In this document: positions 62,599-64,000 of the stretch, one piece after another | Layout: each line of letters opens with the position of its first letter | How positions within the stretch are numbered: the stretch's first letter is position 1 | From: Candidatus Hydrogenedentota bacterium | Lineage (GTDB): Bacteria; Hydrogenedentota; Hydrogenedentia; Hydrogenedentales; SLHB01 | Length of the DNA stretch: 64,000 bases | Direction: 5' to 3' | Assembly: GCA_963745075.1 (NCBI GenBank) | Contig: CAVUWV010000021.1 | Location: 128,001-192,000, forward strand | The notes under the pieces: generated by a model | The model's input: the letters and a program-made list of their open reading frames with translations, nothing else | Told to the model about the DNA's origin: nothing | Database searches by the model: none | Program-made: the position numbers and the translations under genes

Positions 62599-63766
62599 TC
62601 AGCGTAGCGGGTATGGACGTTCGTCGATCGCTTCGCCGTCGAGATACAGCAAGAGCCGCTGCCTGGAAACGTCCACGGTGGCCCACACATATTCGTAGAT
62701 AGCCTCGGAGGGCATCGAGAACTGTTCCCCGAAGAGGTTGAAGACGGCGTCGCTGCGGATGAACCGAATGACGTGATAGCATCCGGCCTCGGGCTTGGGC
62801 AAAGGGAGTTTGGGTGGCCGTTCCTTGCGGGGGAATCGCAGCGGTTTGTTGGTAGCCGCCAAGGCCTCCATGGGGGTCTTGCCATTGAGCTTGGTGTATC
62901 GATAGCGGAGGTTGTGGCGTTGCTCGAAGGCCAGACTCTCCCGCTTGAGATCCTCTTCGCATTCCATGATGACCCGCCCCAAGAGCTTCTGTCGCCAATG
63001 GTCGTTGAACTTCTCGACCACGCCGTTGCGCCAAGGCTCGGCCAAGGGGATGAAGCACGGCTCGAATCCCCAGGGGCAAGCACAGTCGGATGAGCTTGCC
63101 CATGCCGCGCGGATGCCTGGGACTGCCGTAGAATACGGCCTCGTTGTCCACTTGTTGGTACTTCGGGAAGCCCAAACGCAGCCAAGTCGCCCACAAGGCA
63201 TCCACTACGGTGTCTTTGCCGCCCAAAACCGGCTCGACGGCACAGCGCCCGGTGGCGAGGTCGACGCTGTTCAGGCTGTAGAAACGGATGGGTGTCCGGA
63301 GATAGCACGGCCCCACGAAGTCGCTTTGATGCACGAAACCGGGACGAGGCGCATCCAAGGCCGGATAGCTTTTCCCCTTGGGTTCGTAGCGCCCCGTGCG
63401 CCGATGGGTGAGGCCAAGGCGAGCGAGGATGCGTCCGATGGTCCGAATGCTGGGAAGCGGCTCTATCCCTTCCTCCTCGATTTGCCAGCGAATCGCCTGC
63501 GCTCCGCAAAACTCGCCCCGGTTGTACAATTGCAGCCGCACATGCTTCACAATTTCCTCGAGTTCGGCGGGCGTTCGCGAGGGCAATCGAATCGGCCTGC
63601 GCGAATGCTCCCGATACCATTCCGCTTCGCCTGTTTGGTACCGCTCCAGCCATTTGTAGAGCCATCTCCCCGTCCGCCCAAGACACGTGCATATCGTTTG
63701 GGCTTTCTCTCCCTTCAAATACCGTTGTACCGCTCGTCTTCGACGCCATTCTTCTTGCTCGTCCAT
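62599..63766 (-). CDS. IS481-like DDE transposase; apparent 1-nt insertion near 63065
   Basis: N-terminal HTH (WLYKWLERY), PSIRTIGRIL, HQSDF, QVDNE, PWRNGVVEKFN. Confidence 0.88.
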
Positions 63767-63827
63767 GTGCTCCTCCCTTTCTTGGAGAGAGCACATCGTC
63801 GCTCACGAGCCAAACATGATGCTTCGC

Positions 63828-63874
63828 CACTGAACGATGTCTTGGCACCAAAACCACTGAACGATGTCCTGGCA
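63828..63874 (-). repeat. IS right-end repeats
   Basis: cactgaacgatgtcttggca (63828-63847) and cactgaacgatgtcctggca (63855-63874), reverse complements of the left-end repeats. Confidence 0.85.
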
Positions 63875-64000
63875 TCTGTCACCTAATCCCTGGGAGCTTA
63901 ACCGAGTGAGAAATCTCAGACCCTAACCTCTGAAAATCATAACCCATTCATGGATAAAACCGGAACTTTTACATCGGCCCCGACGATCTGTTGTCTTGTA

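Larger units (their letters stand above)
62361..63881 (-). mobile_element. Complete IS481-like insertion sequence (1521 bp) with 6-bp TSD CCTAAT
   Basis: CCTAAT at 62355-62360 and 63882-63887; two 20-bp inverted repeats per end at 27-bp period; single DDE transposase. Confidence 0.88.

Noticed and set aside
63055..63075. Programmed frameshift in the IS transposase
   Set aside because: No slippery heptamer; it falls inside the catalytic core and matches the window-wide single-insertion error pattern

Overview
High-GC bacterial chromosomal window, about 53 CDS, with no rRNA, tRNA or CRISPR recognised. The gene repertoire and an LSGCP-type lipoprotein are reminiscent of Candidatus Hydrogenedentes/PVC-like organisms (weak inference). 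Main blocks: (1) a 10-gene MoxR/DUF58/DUF4350/DUF4129/SpoIIM/RDD operon extended by three zinc-finger membrane proteins; (2) TPR protein, pdxJ, and a STAS + Ser/Thr kinase pair; (3) a minimal orphan flagellin with a sigma28-like promoter among GT-C/GT2 glycosyltransferases; (4) archaeal-type valS, M50 protease, HU/IHF, aguAB, a 7-heme cytochrome c lipoprotein and pilC; (5) an Xre-RES toxin-antitoxin pair with two palindromic operators, and a second MoxR-vWA cassette flanked by 9-bp-period repeats; (6) M16 peptidase, tatA, HEAT protein, a sigma54 activator with an Asp-to-Glu pseudo-receiver, putative sugar enzymes and recQ; (7) a coupled Schlafen(AlbA_2)-GHKL + ParA-like ATPase pair (candidate defence module) directly behind a complete IS481-like element (62361-63881, 6-bp TSD CCTAAT) with a structured ~240-bp non-coding 3' region. 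About ten single-base frameshifts, including one in essential valS, point to long-read indel errors rather than real pseudogenes. All family calls come from motif recognition by eye; no searches were run.
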